64,000 nucleotides of DNA from Macrostomum lignano (taxonomy: Eukaryota), in the NCBI GenBank assembly GCA_002269645.1, contig NIVC01000980.1:62001-126000 (forward strand). The letters are read 5' to 3'. The number at the start of each line of letters is the position of its first letter. Within the stretch, counting starts at the first letter, position 1. Positions 40,874 to 51,800 of the stretch are shown here, one piece after another. The notes under the pieces were generated by a model. The model saw only the letters and a list, made by a program, of their open reading frames with translations, did not search any database and was not told the DNA's origin. The translations under genes were made by a program, and so were the position numbers.

Positions 40874-43800
40874 TCAAAGCGGCGTGATAGTTCTGCTGCC
40901 CAGAGCCAGTTTGGTAATAATGAAGACTGCGGCGCCCACCAGGCCTACGCTAACAATTGGCACAACAACTACCACGGCAATGAAGGCTGGGTCCGAACCG
41001 TCAGGACCGATCGGTGGCCGGGTTTCCGTCGAAGACTCTGTCTCCGTTGAAGACTCAGTTGAGCTCGCTGTCGCTGTTGATAGGCCGGTTGTTACCGTTG
41101 CCTCCGCGGTTGTTGTGCTCGAAGTTGTTACCACTGTTGTTGCTGTTGAGGATGATGTTGACTCTGTTGATTGGGTCGATTTAGTTGTAGTTGTAGTTAC
41201 CGTTGATCTAGCTGTAGTTTCCGTGGATGTAGTCGTAGTTCCCGTCAGTTCCGCAGTGCTTTCCGTTTTATCTGGCGTTGTTTCCGTTGCCCTGTCCGTC
41301 AATCCGCTTGTCGATTCTGTTGACCCTGGTTCGGCACTCGTCGTCAATTTTGTCGCCGCATCAGTCGAAGAAGTTTCGGTACCCGGTTTCTCAGTTGTTC
41401 CACCTGCTGTTGTTGCAGTTGTTGCTTCCAACGTAGTTTCCGCCGTCGTTTCCATCGTAGTTTCCATCGTAGTTTCCATCGTAGTTCCCGGTGTCGTTTC
41501 CGGAGGGGGGAATCGTTTGCCTACGTTGGGCAGCACCCGATCCCAGAAGTTGCACTCCCGGTCCATAAAAATGTCGGTCGCTAGCTGCTGCTGCTCAGCT
41601 CGCATCACCAAGCTGACTGGCGCATCCGGCTTGTAGCGAGGCCAGCCTGTCGGCGGCCAGCTTGGCACTCCCGAGCTGGCAAAGTTCGCCAGGCTTCGAA
41701 TTAGCACCCGAGACAGATTAGCTCGCTCCGGCGACTGCGCCTCCGCGGAGGCCGTCGGGAAGCCAAACGCATAAGACGCGTCGTGAACTAAAATTTTGCA
41801 TTTTAATAGGGCTAAAGTATATATAAAAAATTCAAACCGGTCGCATTACGATAGTGTCATAAAAAATCGTGTTAAAAGAGGGGTGCAGTGTCGTGAGAAT
41901 GCATCTCGAAAAGGATGGCTGTACCCTTGAGTCCTTGAGTGATGTCAAAGATCAAAGAGAGTTATAGTACCGTGTGAGATTGTGTCAAAAAGAGTGATGC
42001 AGAACTGCTAGAGCATGTTGAAGAGATTGACAGGCTTGACGCAAGCATGAGCTGTGATAGAGACCGGTTCATGTGGATCCAGACTCACACAAGGTCGCCT
42101 CTGGTAGCGATGTGCCAATCGAACGGAATGGCTCCTCAAATCGGAATTTGTACACGGCTCTGCTGTTTTCAGCGGACACTGCGCCCAAAAACAGCTGATT
42201 GCTGCAGGTGAACATTCGATTGCTGATGGCATTGGCCAGAGCACGCTCGTCTCGAGTGTAGTTGTCTCGGCTGAAGTAATCCGTAAAGTGCAACACTAGC
42301 GCCGTCTTGATGTCACTCCGTGGTTCAGTTGGGAATCTAGGGAAGTGCGCTATGACCTCAAGAAGTTCCTGCGGGCGCGAGTAAGCAGAAATTCCTTGGC
42401 AACTTTGTTTAATCAGTCAGTCAGTCAGTCAGTCAGTCAGTCAGTCAGTCAGTCAGTCAGTCAGTCAGTCAGTCAGTCAGTCAGTCAGTCAGTCAGTCAG
42501 TCAGTCAGTCAGTCAGTCAGTCAGTCAGTCAGTCAGTCAGTCAGTCAGTCAGTCAGTCAGTCAGTCAGTCAGTCAGTCAGTCAGTCAGTCAGTCAGTCAG
42601 TCAGTCAGTCAGTCAGTCACATTCAGAAACTCAGCATGTGTGAAGTTCTCGCCGATCCGCATGCGCTGAACTAGAATGTTCCCAGGCCCGTCAACGCCGC
42701 CAACCAGCAGAGGCACGGAGGCCAGGTCGGCCCCGCCCATGGCAAGCGGGTCGGACCGAATGAAATCGCCATCGATGACTGGCGGAAACTCGATCCCGGT
42801 GTACAGCCGGTTGAAGTCGCGCTGTCTCTCGTTGATGAAAGTGGCATTAAGCGCTCTGAGCCCGGCTAGGCAGGCCGGTATGTCGTCTGAGCCGCAGTTG
42901 AGCACGTTCTGAGCAAACACTCGGTTGATGAGCCGGACGCTGGCCGTATCGTTGGACACTGGGTAGGGCATGTACGGCGACCCGGTGAGCAGCACGGCTC
43001 GTTGGAACAGCACCGGCGACCGCGCCAAGTGGTAGCCAATCGACGCCGCTCCCGCCTCCACCCCCATCAGCGTGACTTTAGTCCGACTGCCGCCGAATTT
43101 TTCAATGTTGTACCTGATCCACTTTAACGCCTCCTCCTGATCGCGCAGGCCGAAATTCCCCGACACCGTGCTGTTGTCCAGCGACAGGAAGCCGAAGGCG
43201 CCAACGCGGTAAGCGACGGTCACCAGTAGCAGTTTGGCACTGTCCAGCACTCGATGCCCGCGCCAATCCGAGACGGCGCCGAACTGAAAGAAGCCACCGT
43301 GCAGGAAGACAATGACGGGAAGATCATCCTCCGACAGGTCGCTGTGCACCGGAGTCCAGATGTTCAGGTAGAGGCAGTCCTCAGACATGCTCGACACGAA
43401 CTCGTCCCGCTGCATGCACGGCGGAGGCATGCTTAGCGCCAGGATGCGATTGTCTTGAAGAATTTCCATGGGGGGGAGTGTAACTGCGTTAGGATTCGGC
43501 CTCTACTGATGTAGGTTGTTTGTAAAGTTGTTTTTTTTTGCAAAAAACCGCCGAGTTTGATAAATTAGATTTTTTCGCTTAGTAAAGTCGACATGCATTT
43601 GCTAACGAGTCGTTTAAAATAGTGAAATATTTTTATAAAGATTTACGAAATGTTCTGCGAGCAAATTTTTTTATTTTTTTAATCCGGACGTAGAACGCTG
43701 TCCGTTGCATCTGATCCTACGAGATCCTTTTTATGCCCACCCTACATGCATGTCTCGTGTCCCTTCCATATCTCCCAATATCCCGTCCATGTCTTTACAA

Positions 43801-46800
43801 TGTTCCTTCCATGTCTGTAAATTGTCCCTTCCATGTCTTCTTCTATGTCTTTGCAATGTTCCTTCCATGTCTGTCTATTTTCCTTCCATGCGTTTACAAT
43901 ATCCCTTTCATGTCTTTACAATGCCATTTCAATGTCTTTACAACGTCGGTTCCAGGTCCCTTTTATTTCATGGGCCACATTCTTTTCCTGTCTTCCACTG
44001 ACGCGCGATGCACTTTCTAGCATGATCCACAAATCACAAGTACCGATAGCAAGATTTAAAGCTAACACCAGAGCAGATCATCAGCTTACTGGTCCCAGAA
44101 AGCGGTTTCGGATTAGCAAATCTGAGTTCTCCGACGGGCGGCTCAGCGTACGGCACGCCCAGAAACTGGGTCAGGGTGGTGCCGGCCTCGGTTCGTATCG
44201 TCTCGCCAAGCACTGAACCGTAGCCCACCACAGTAATGCTGTAATTCCTCAGGACCAAGTAATCCACTCTTCTGACTCTGTTCGACTCCGGGACTTCTTG
44301 CGCCTGTTTCGGCTCGGCGGCCATCGAATTGTCAAACTGAGCAGTCAGTAGGCCAGCGTCCGGTCCGCATAGCCTGTTATGAAACGGCATCTCGTGCTTC
44401 CACATTGGGCAGCGGCCGGGCTCGAGGCCGAAGCCGTCTGGCAGAGAATCCGCGCTCGACGAGTCGTTGGCGGCGCGGTAGTTCATGAACTCTGTGCCGT
44501 TCAGCCCCGTCCGAGGCCACGCATTGTCGAGATCTGAGTAGGGGTAGGTGGGTGTCATTTCGTCTGCTGAAACATCTGCTGTTGAGGCATCTGCTAGACC
44601 ATCTGCTGTTGAAGCATCTGCTGGAGCATCTGCTGTTGAAGCATCTGCTGGAGCATCTGCTGGAGCATCTGCTGTGTGAAGCATCTGCTGGAGCATCTGC
44701 TGGAGCATCTGCTGGAGCATCTACTGTTGAGGCATCTGCTGGAGCATCTGCTGTTGAAGCATCTGCTGAAGCATCTGCTGTTGAAGCATCTGCTGGAGCA
44801 TCTGCTGGAGCATCTGCTGTGTGAAGCATCTGCTGGAGCATCTGCTGGAGCATCTGCTGTGTGAAGCATCTGCTGGAGCATCTGCTGGAGCATCTGCTGG
44901 AGCATCTACTGTTGAGGCATCTGCTGGAGCATCTGCTGTTGAAGCATCTGCTGGAGCATCTGCTGTTGAAGCATCTGCTGGAGCATCTGCTGGAGCATCT
45001 GCTGTGTGAAGCATCTGCTGGAGCATCTGCTGGAGCATCTGCTGTGTGAAGCATCTGCTGGAGCATCTGCTGGAGCATCTGCTGTGTAAAGCATCTGCTG
45101 GAGCATCTGCTGGAGCATCTGCTGGAGCATCTGCTGGAGCATCTGCTGTGTGAAGCATCTGCTGGAGCAGAGCCCCCTGCTCTCGCAAACTGGCTCCTAT
45201 TCTCCCTCCTACATTCCCAAATTGCACCAAAGATGTCGCCAACCTTCCAGCCTGACGAAGCGGCCAAGGTGGTCCATCATGGTGCTGGCCAGGCTCTCGT
45301 GTCCGGCGGGATATCCGGCTCGCACCAGCGGCTCGCCCAAGAAGTAGCGCACGTCAACGCTGTGATCCCCGCGTGAATCGATGGGATCCGTGACGTTCAT
45401 CTGGTAGACGTAAACGGGCTCCGTCGACGGCGCCTGCAGAAGGTCGCCGGCCGCCTCCCAGACCGGACAGGCGTAGCGAAAGTCGCCGATAGCTTGGGCC
45501 AGCAGCGGCCGGACGGCCTCGCCGAATTTCTTGGTCGGCCAGTCGGCCAGCGACAATCGAAGGAAGTTTTGGCCGCACGGACTGGTCTGGGTGTGCACTC
45601 GGGGGAAGTGGAGGAACTCCTGGCTGACAATCTGCGGGGGGACGATTAGAGATTAGTCACCCGCTCTGAGTCCATAGGGTGTCGTTGTTACAGGCGGTGG
45701 TTGCCTATAAAACTCGAAATATTCGCAGGAGGGCTGCGGGCTCGCTGATGCAGCTCCTCAACCAGCTCTGAAGGCAATTCTGCCCATTCCGCTGACTGCT
45801 GAGCGCATACAAGCGCGCCAATACTGTACGCAGGCACCACTCGTACACACGCTCACGCAGGGTGTACACAGCGACCCTGACTTTGTAATCGCCAGGCATG
45901 CAGGCATACACTGGCTGGCTTTGAACGGAATCGAACCAAGGCTCGAGGCTAGAGAGACAGATGCGTTCTCTGCTGGGCTGCTCTGCCCCCCCCCCACACA
46001 CCATCCTGATTCACAATGCCGAGACTTAGGCGCTAATGGAATCGCTCGAACAGCTCGGGGTATGCTCTCTATCGCCGTCCAAGTGACCTATACGCGCCGA
46101 GCCGAACATGCACTGCCCACTGCTTAAGATAGAGTTTGAGTCTCAGTTAGGGTGTAAGAATTAGGATTATGGATAAGACTTAAGTTATGTTGTTAGATTC
46201 CTGGCAGTTAATTTTCGTAGACCCAGCCAGCCCAGCAACCACGGACAACTGAAGCAGAAGGACCACTATACTCGAGTTTCTTAAAAATGAGCCAGAGGCC
46301 CGTAAGGAAGGCATGTCTGTCGGATTTCGTCATAAATACAGATTTCTCGAGACCATACTGAATTCTCAAGCCTCCTTGCGCCCTTCTAGATCAGTTGCCC
46401 ATGAGTTCAACATGCCAGCAAGCTTTTCGCACCACACTCGATACATTCTACTTGTCAGTAGACGATCTCTTCTACAGTTCATCTCGATTCAAACTCGCAC
46501 CTGGTTGAAGACGCTCTCAGTGACGTCGGGCCACTGCCCACCCTCAAGCGCCGCGTCAGCTCTCGGTCCACCAGAGTTGACGGCCGCTCCGGTCAGCACC
46601 GAGAAGTTTGAACCCTGCCGCCAGAGGTCCAGCGGGCCGCCGCTGCCATTGGGGAACATCTCCCCTGAGCCCAGCGGCACAAAGCCGTCCGGCGACACCG
46701 AGGCGGCCGCCAGCAGAAGCTGCTCGACACTGACCGCGACCAGGCAGTTTAACGATTCCTCGGGGCTGGACAAGTTGCAGGCAAGCTGGTTGGCCAGTTG

Positions 46801-47568
46801 CCAGCCCAGCTTCTGCGCTTCATCCGGCGAGTCAGACCAGGCTAGCGGCGAGGCAATCGATCCGCCCAGCATGGCGACCCGCTGGAACAGCGAGCCGTCA
46901 GAGCCGTCCGCCACCGCCAGGAGTCCCGCGGCGGCTGCGGCGTTGCCGTGGCCGGCCAGCGACACCCGAGCGGCGTCGCCGCCGAAGCTGCCGACGGCCT
47001 CCTCAAGGAACTGAATTGCCAGCAGTTGATCGCGCAGGCCCAGATTATCTGGAACTCCGTCGAAGCTCAGGTAACCAAGGACGCCCTGGCGAGACTGGAC
47101 CGTTGCTAGGACAACGCCGTGGATGGCGCTGAAAACGTCGCCAAGCTCGACGCCGACCTCCTGGCTGGCGAGCAGGATCAGCACCGGCTGCCGGCCGGCC
47201 AGGTCTCTAGACCGGACGCTGAGGTGCAGGCAGTCCTCGGATTGGCCGGCCGTGTTGTTGAAGTCGCCAAACGGGCAGGCAGGCGGCGGCAGAGTGGCGT
47301 TGATGCTCAGCATCTCCGAGAAGTTGAACGGCTCCGCCTGCTGGAATCGCAGCGGCGGCTGCGCGTAGCCGACGGAGAGAAAGCGGGACACCCGGTGGTC
47401 CGTGTTGTTGTGGTAGGTCAGGCGGATCTCCTGCCCGATGATTGTTGCATTCTGGTGCTGCACCTGCACCTCCCCGACCACCGAGGTGCTGAGCAGCTGC
47501 CCGTTGCTCCGTAGAGTTGCCGCTAGTAGCAGCAAAAGCAGCGAAAGCCGCGATACTTCAGTTAGCAT
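40874..47568 (-). CDS. Tandem two-domain cholinesterase-like (type-B carboxylesterase fold), non-catalytic neuroligin-like membrane protein, 1329 aa. Exons 47568-46501, 45631-45244, ~44566-44090, ~43483-42621, 42368-42089, 41787-40874
   Basis: Two sets of family motifs are present. Domain 1: GYAQPP-LRF, SEDCLHL, NLGLRDQ, FGGD, GDFRYACP, RCPMW. Domain 2: FLGVPYAEPPVGELRF, SEDCLYLNIW, FLHGG, GNFGLRDQ, FGGS, YAFGFP, ECNFW. Also a signal peptide, a Thr/Ser-rich stalk and the TM segment AFIAVVVVVPIVSVGLVGAAVFII. Exon lengths 1068+388+477+863+280+914 = 3990 are phase-compatible. The exon 2 donor (gttggc) is weak, and the exon 3 and 4 acceptors have in-frame alternatives. Confidence 0.85.
42412..42618. 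repeat. (AGTC)n microsatellite filling most of intron 4 of the cholinesterase-like gene
   Basis: Direct reading. Confidence 0.97.
44570..45165. repeat. Quasi-palindromic AGCATCTGCT-based minisatellite filling intron 2 of the cholinesterase-like gene
   Basis: Direct reading. Confidence 0.92.
45760..45912 (+). mobile_element. Short dispersed repeat, copy 2, in intron 1 of the cholinesterase-like gene
   Basis: Colinear similarity to 8011-8155. Confidence 0.7.
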
Positions 47569-48399
47569 CACGGACGGTCGATTTCTATGCTCGACACGGT
47601 TAGCCAAGAGCGAATCTGCCAGTAAGTCGCATTTTAAACTCGTGCCTTATCTACTCACATTTCTTTGCTTTGAAATAGGTTTCCATGGCAACCAGAGTCG
47701 CAGTTTAGAAGCTTGCACTAAGGAATAGCAAGTATACTTTGCTTTTTTCGAGTCAGAGTTTCTCTGTCCATCCTTATCGGGTAGCCATATGGCTTGCTTG
47801 TTGGGCCTCTTATCTCCCAGCAAGACTGCCCCCCCCCGCCCTCCGCTCGGTGGCTTTGATGAAGGCAATCTCTGCCTCTGGTAGATATTTTTCATTACTT
47901 TAAAATTGCATGCCAAGTTATTAACCATTTCTAGAATAGTTTTTATTCCACTTCACGCGGAGCGTGCTATTTACGATCTAGTAGATTATATACTGACATT
48001 GCACGCGATTTAAATTCGTTTGTACTACTTGCAGTAGGTTTAAAATCAGCGTCGCAGAATTATGACGAAATAATTAACAAACAACAGCAATTTTCCCATC
48101 GAAAATGATGAGGTTTATTGAATTTTTGGGGCCTGTTGATTTCAAATGAATAAAGGTGTATTTTAAATAAATCTGTATAGATTATTTATAAGCTACTGCT
48201 AAAATTGATTAGTAGTAAGAAGTAGTTTGACGGTTTTAGGGAAATACTACGTGTCATAAGACAAAGCCTGGGCAGGTGAGGGGAGTGATTAAGCATGCAT
48301 AATAGGAGATGCTGATGCTGATTGGACAATAAGCGGGTAAGCTGAGTGAAAATTGAGATTGAGAAGATGAATCACTTAGATAGTGAGATTGCGAGTCTG

Positions 48400-48840
48400 T
48401 TTCTCTGTCTGTCACTCCCTAGCCTCTGACGGCTGTCACTCTCAATGCTCCTAGTCTGTATATGTCACTCCTACATTGTATAGTCTGTCACTCCTTACGC
48501 TCCTAGTCTGTATATGTCACTCCTACATTGTATAGTATAGTCTATCACTCCTTACGCTCCTAGTCTGTATTGTCTGTCACTCCTAGTCTATATGGCCTGT
48601 CACTCCTAGTCTATATGGCCTGTCACTCCTAGTCTATATGGCCTGTCACTCCTAGTCTATATGGCCTGTCACTCCTACTCTATATAGTCTGTCACTCCTA
48701 GTCTATATAGCCTGTCACTCCTAGTCTATATAGCCTGTCACTCCTAGTCTATATAGTCTGTCACTCCTAGTCTATATAGCCTGTCACTCCTACTCTATAT
48801 AGCGTGTCACTCCTAGTCTATATAGCCTGTCACTCCTCAG
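48400..48840. repeat. ~22-bp CTGTCACTCCTAGTCTATATAG array. A related CTGTCACTC array lies at 49150-49690 in the same orientation
   Basis: Direct reading. The two arrays flank the last SLC35F exon. Confidence 0.88.
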
Positions 48841-48865
48841 TCCAAGCCTGTCACGCAGCGGCCGT

Positions 48866-51800
48866 TCACTTGACCACCCGCCTGACTTTGCGCGAATCCG
48901 CAGTGTACTGATCCAGGTGGCACAGCCGAGCCAGCCGCCGCTGCCAGCCTTCTGGCACGAAGGTTAGCAGGAAGGCCACGGCGACGGCCGCAATGCCGGC
49001 GACTCGCATCGGCGGAAAGTCGCCATAGTCGCCGTTGACGAAGGTGCCAAAGCGGAGCGTCTTCAGCCAGAATACGTGCAGGACTGCGGGGTGCGACGGG
49101 GAATCTTTGGTTAATTATCCTGTTCTGTCAATGTCAGTCTACATGCTAACAGTCTGTCACTCTCCGCCTTCTGTTCTGTCACTCTGACACTGTAGCAGTC
49201 TGTCACTCTCCGTCTTCTAGTCTGTCACTCTCCGTCTTCTAGTCTGTCACTCTCCGTCTTCTAGTCTGTCACTCTGACACTGAAGCAGTCTGTCACTCTC
49301 CGCCTTCTGTTCTGTCACTCTGACACTGTAGCAGTCTGTCACTCTCCGTCTTCTAGTCTGTCACTCTCCGTCTTCTAGTCTGTCACTCTGACACTGAAGC
49401 AGTCTGTCACTCTCCGCCTTCTGTTCTGTCACTCTGACACTGTAGCAGTCTGTCACTCTCCGTCTTCTAGTCTGTCACTCTCCGTCTTCTAGTCTGTCAC
49501 TCTCCGTCTTCTAGTCTGTCACTCTGACACTGAAGCAGTCTGTCACTCTCCGCCTTCTGTTCTGTCACTCTAACACTGTAGCAGTCTGTCACTCTCCGTC
49601 TTCTAGTCTGTCACTCTGAACTAAAGCAGTCTGTCACTCTCCGCCTTCTGTTCTGTCTCTCTGACACTGTAGCAGTCTGTCACTCTCAGTCGTGTGTTTT
49701 AGGTTAAATATTTTTTCGCAATTTTTGTCACAATTCGCACATCCCAGCTTAATGGCACTTTGGCTAGAATTTCCCTTCCTCATTAATAATTAACGAGCTT
49801 AGGCATCGGAGCCAGGACATGAAGAAGACTCAGCAAAAATCATAATTGAATTTTTATGCGGCTGACAAAGCTATATTTCTGGTTAAGCTGGTTGTCTGAT
49901 GCATTTATCAGTCTACTGCCTGATCGTCAGATTCGAACCAAATTTGACGTCTGATCGGATTAAAGAGATTTATATAAGGGTAAAATTTCAATATTTCAGG
50001 ATAGCAACAGGGTTGAATTATAAATCCGCGTGTCAGCGCATTCCGGATCCCACAGACTAAGCGGATTAACCGGCTTATTTGATTTCAAGGCTCAGAAATT
50101 TCCGTCTGTCTCAAGATGCGATTCGTTGCTGCTTTTAAGCCCTCAAAAGTGCTGGGAAACGCCCGGTAAATTTCCCGAAGTTGAAGGGTAGAGGAGGGAG
50201 GAAGGGAGAAGGGGAAGAGAGAGGAAGGAAGAAAATAGAGGGGGAGAAACAGATTGGAGGTATGGAGATAAGGAGAGAGGAAGGGAGGATAGAAAGGTGG
50301 GAGAAGAAGTGAAGAGAAGAAGGGAAGAGAAGAAGGGAAGAGAAGAAGGGAAGAGAGGAAAGGTGGAGAGGAAGGGAAAAGAGAAAGGGGGGAGAGAGGG
50401 AGAGAGGGAGGAGAAGAAGGGCAAGAGCAGCGGAGCACTCACGCAGCTCGACCACAATAGCCAGCAGCAGTCCGAAGCTGACCAGCAGGTGGTAGGTGAA
50501 GAAGTTGCCCAGGTGCAGCAGGAGGAACAGGATGCAGTTGGAGCCGGCGGCGCCGAACACGAACTGCCAGGGCGTGGCGACCGACAGCCCCGGCTCCAGG
50601 CGGAACCAGACCGACAGCAGCAGCACTCCGGGCCACAGGATCACCAGGGTGCAGACACCTACGGCCATGCGGTGACCCTTCTTTAGAGATTCTTAAACTA
50701 TTGGCTCCAGCAACCACCTCACTCCACATGTACACACCCGACTTCCCGCTCCGGCAACCACCTCACTCCACATGTACACACCCGACTTCCCGCTCTAGCA
50801 ACCACCTCACTCCACATGTACACACCTGACTCCCCGCTCCAGTAACCACCTCACTCCACATGTACACACCCGACTTCCCGCTCTAGCAACCACCTCACTC
50901 CACATGTACACACCCGACTTCCCGCTCCGGCAACCACTTCACTCCACATGTACACACCCGACTTCCCGCTCCGGCAACCACCTCACTCCACATGTACACA
51001 CCCGACTTCCCGCTCTAGCAACCACCTCACTCCACATGTACACACCCGATTTCCCGCTCCGGCAACCACCTCACTCCACATGTACACACCCGACTTCCCG
51101 CTCTAGCAACCACCTCACTCTACATGTACACTCCCGACTTCCCGCTCCGGCAACCACCTCATTCCACATGTGCACACCCGACTTCCCGCTAAAGTAACCA
51201 CCTCACTCCACATGTACACACTCGACTCCCCGCTCCAGCAACCACCTCACTCCACATGTACACACCAGCTGTCCGCTGTACATTTAATTCTGGCTCACCG
51301 ATAACGGACATCACCAGCATCACTTGACCAAGGTGCGGTATATAGGGCACCAAGGTGCGATCAAGCACGGTCTGAAAAATTAATGCAATAAATAATTCAT
51401 TTTTAGTATATAGGACTTCAGAGACTATATTATTTTACCAAAACACAGAACTAACCCGAAAAATAGCAAAACTTCCAGCTGAGAAGGCCGCCAGAGTTCT
51501 TAGCAGCATTGTACTCTTGTTGATGTACACCAGCAAGATAACGCCGCTGGTGCCCAGCAGGAAAGCAATTATCTGCAAATTTGAATTTGAAACGGTTGAC
51601 ATTGACCACCTCAGTCCCTGCCCCTCGCTCCCTGCCCCTCACTCCCTGCCCCTCACTCCCCGCCCCTCACTCCCTGCCCCTCACTCCCCGCCCCTCACTC
51701 CCCGCTCCCTGCCCCTCACTCCCTGCCCCTCACTCCCCGCCCCTCACTCCCCGCTCCCTGCCCCTCACTCCCTGCCCCTCGCTTCCTGCCCCTCACTCCC

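Noticed and set aside
40749-41636. 295-aa plus-strand Val-rich ORF
   Set aside because: It is the antisense shadow of the Thr/Ser stalk exon.
40874-47568. Calling the ChE-like gene an active acetylcholinesterase or carboxylesterase
   Set aside because: The nucleophile Ser is absent in both domains (GHGNA, GVEAG).
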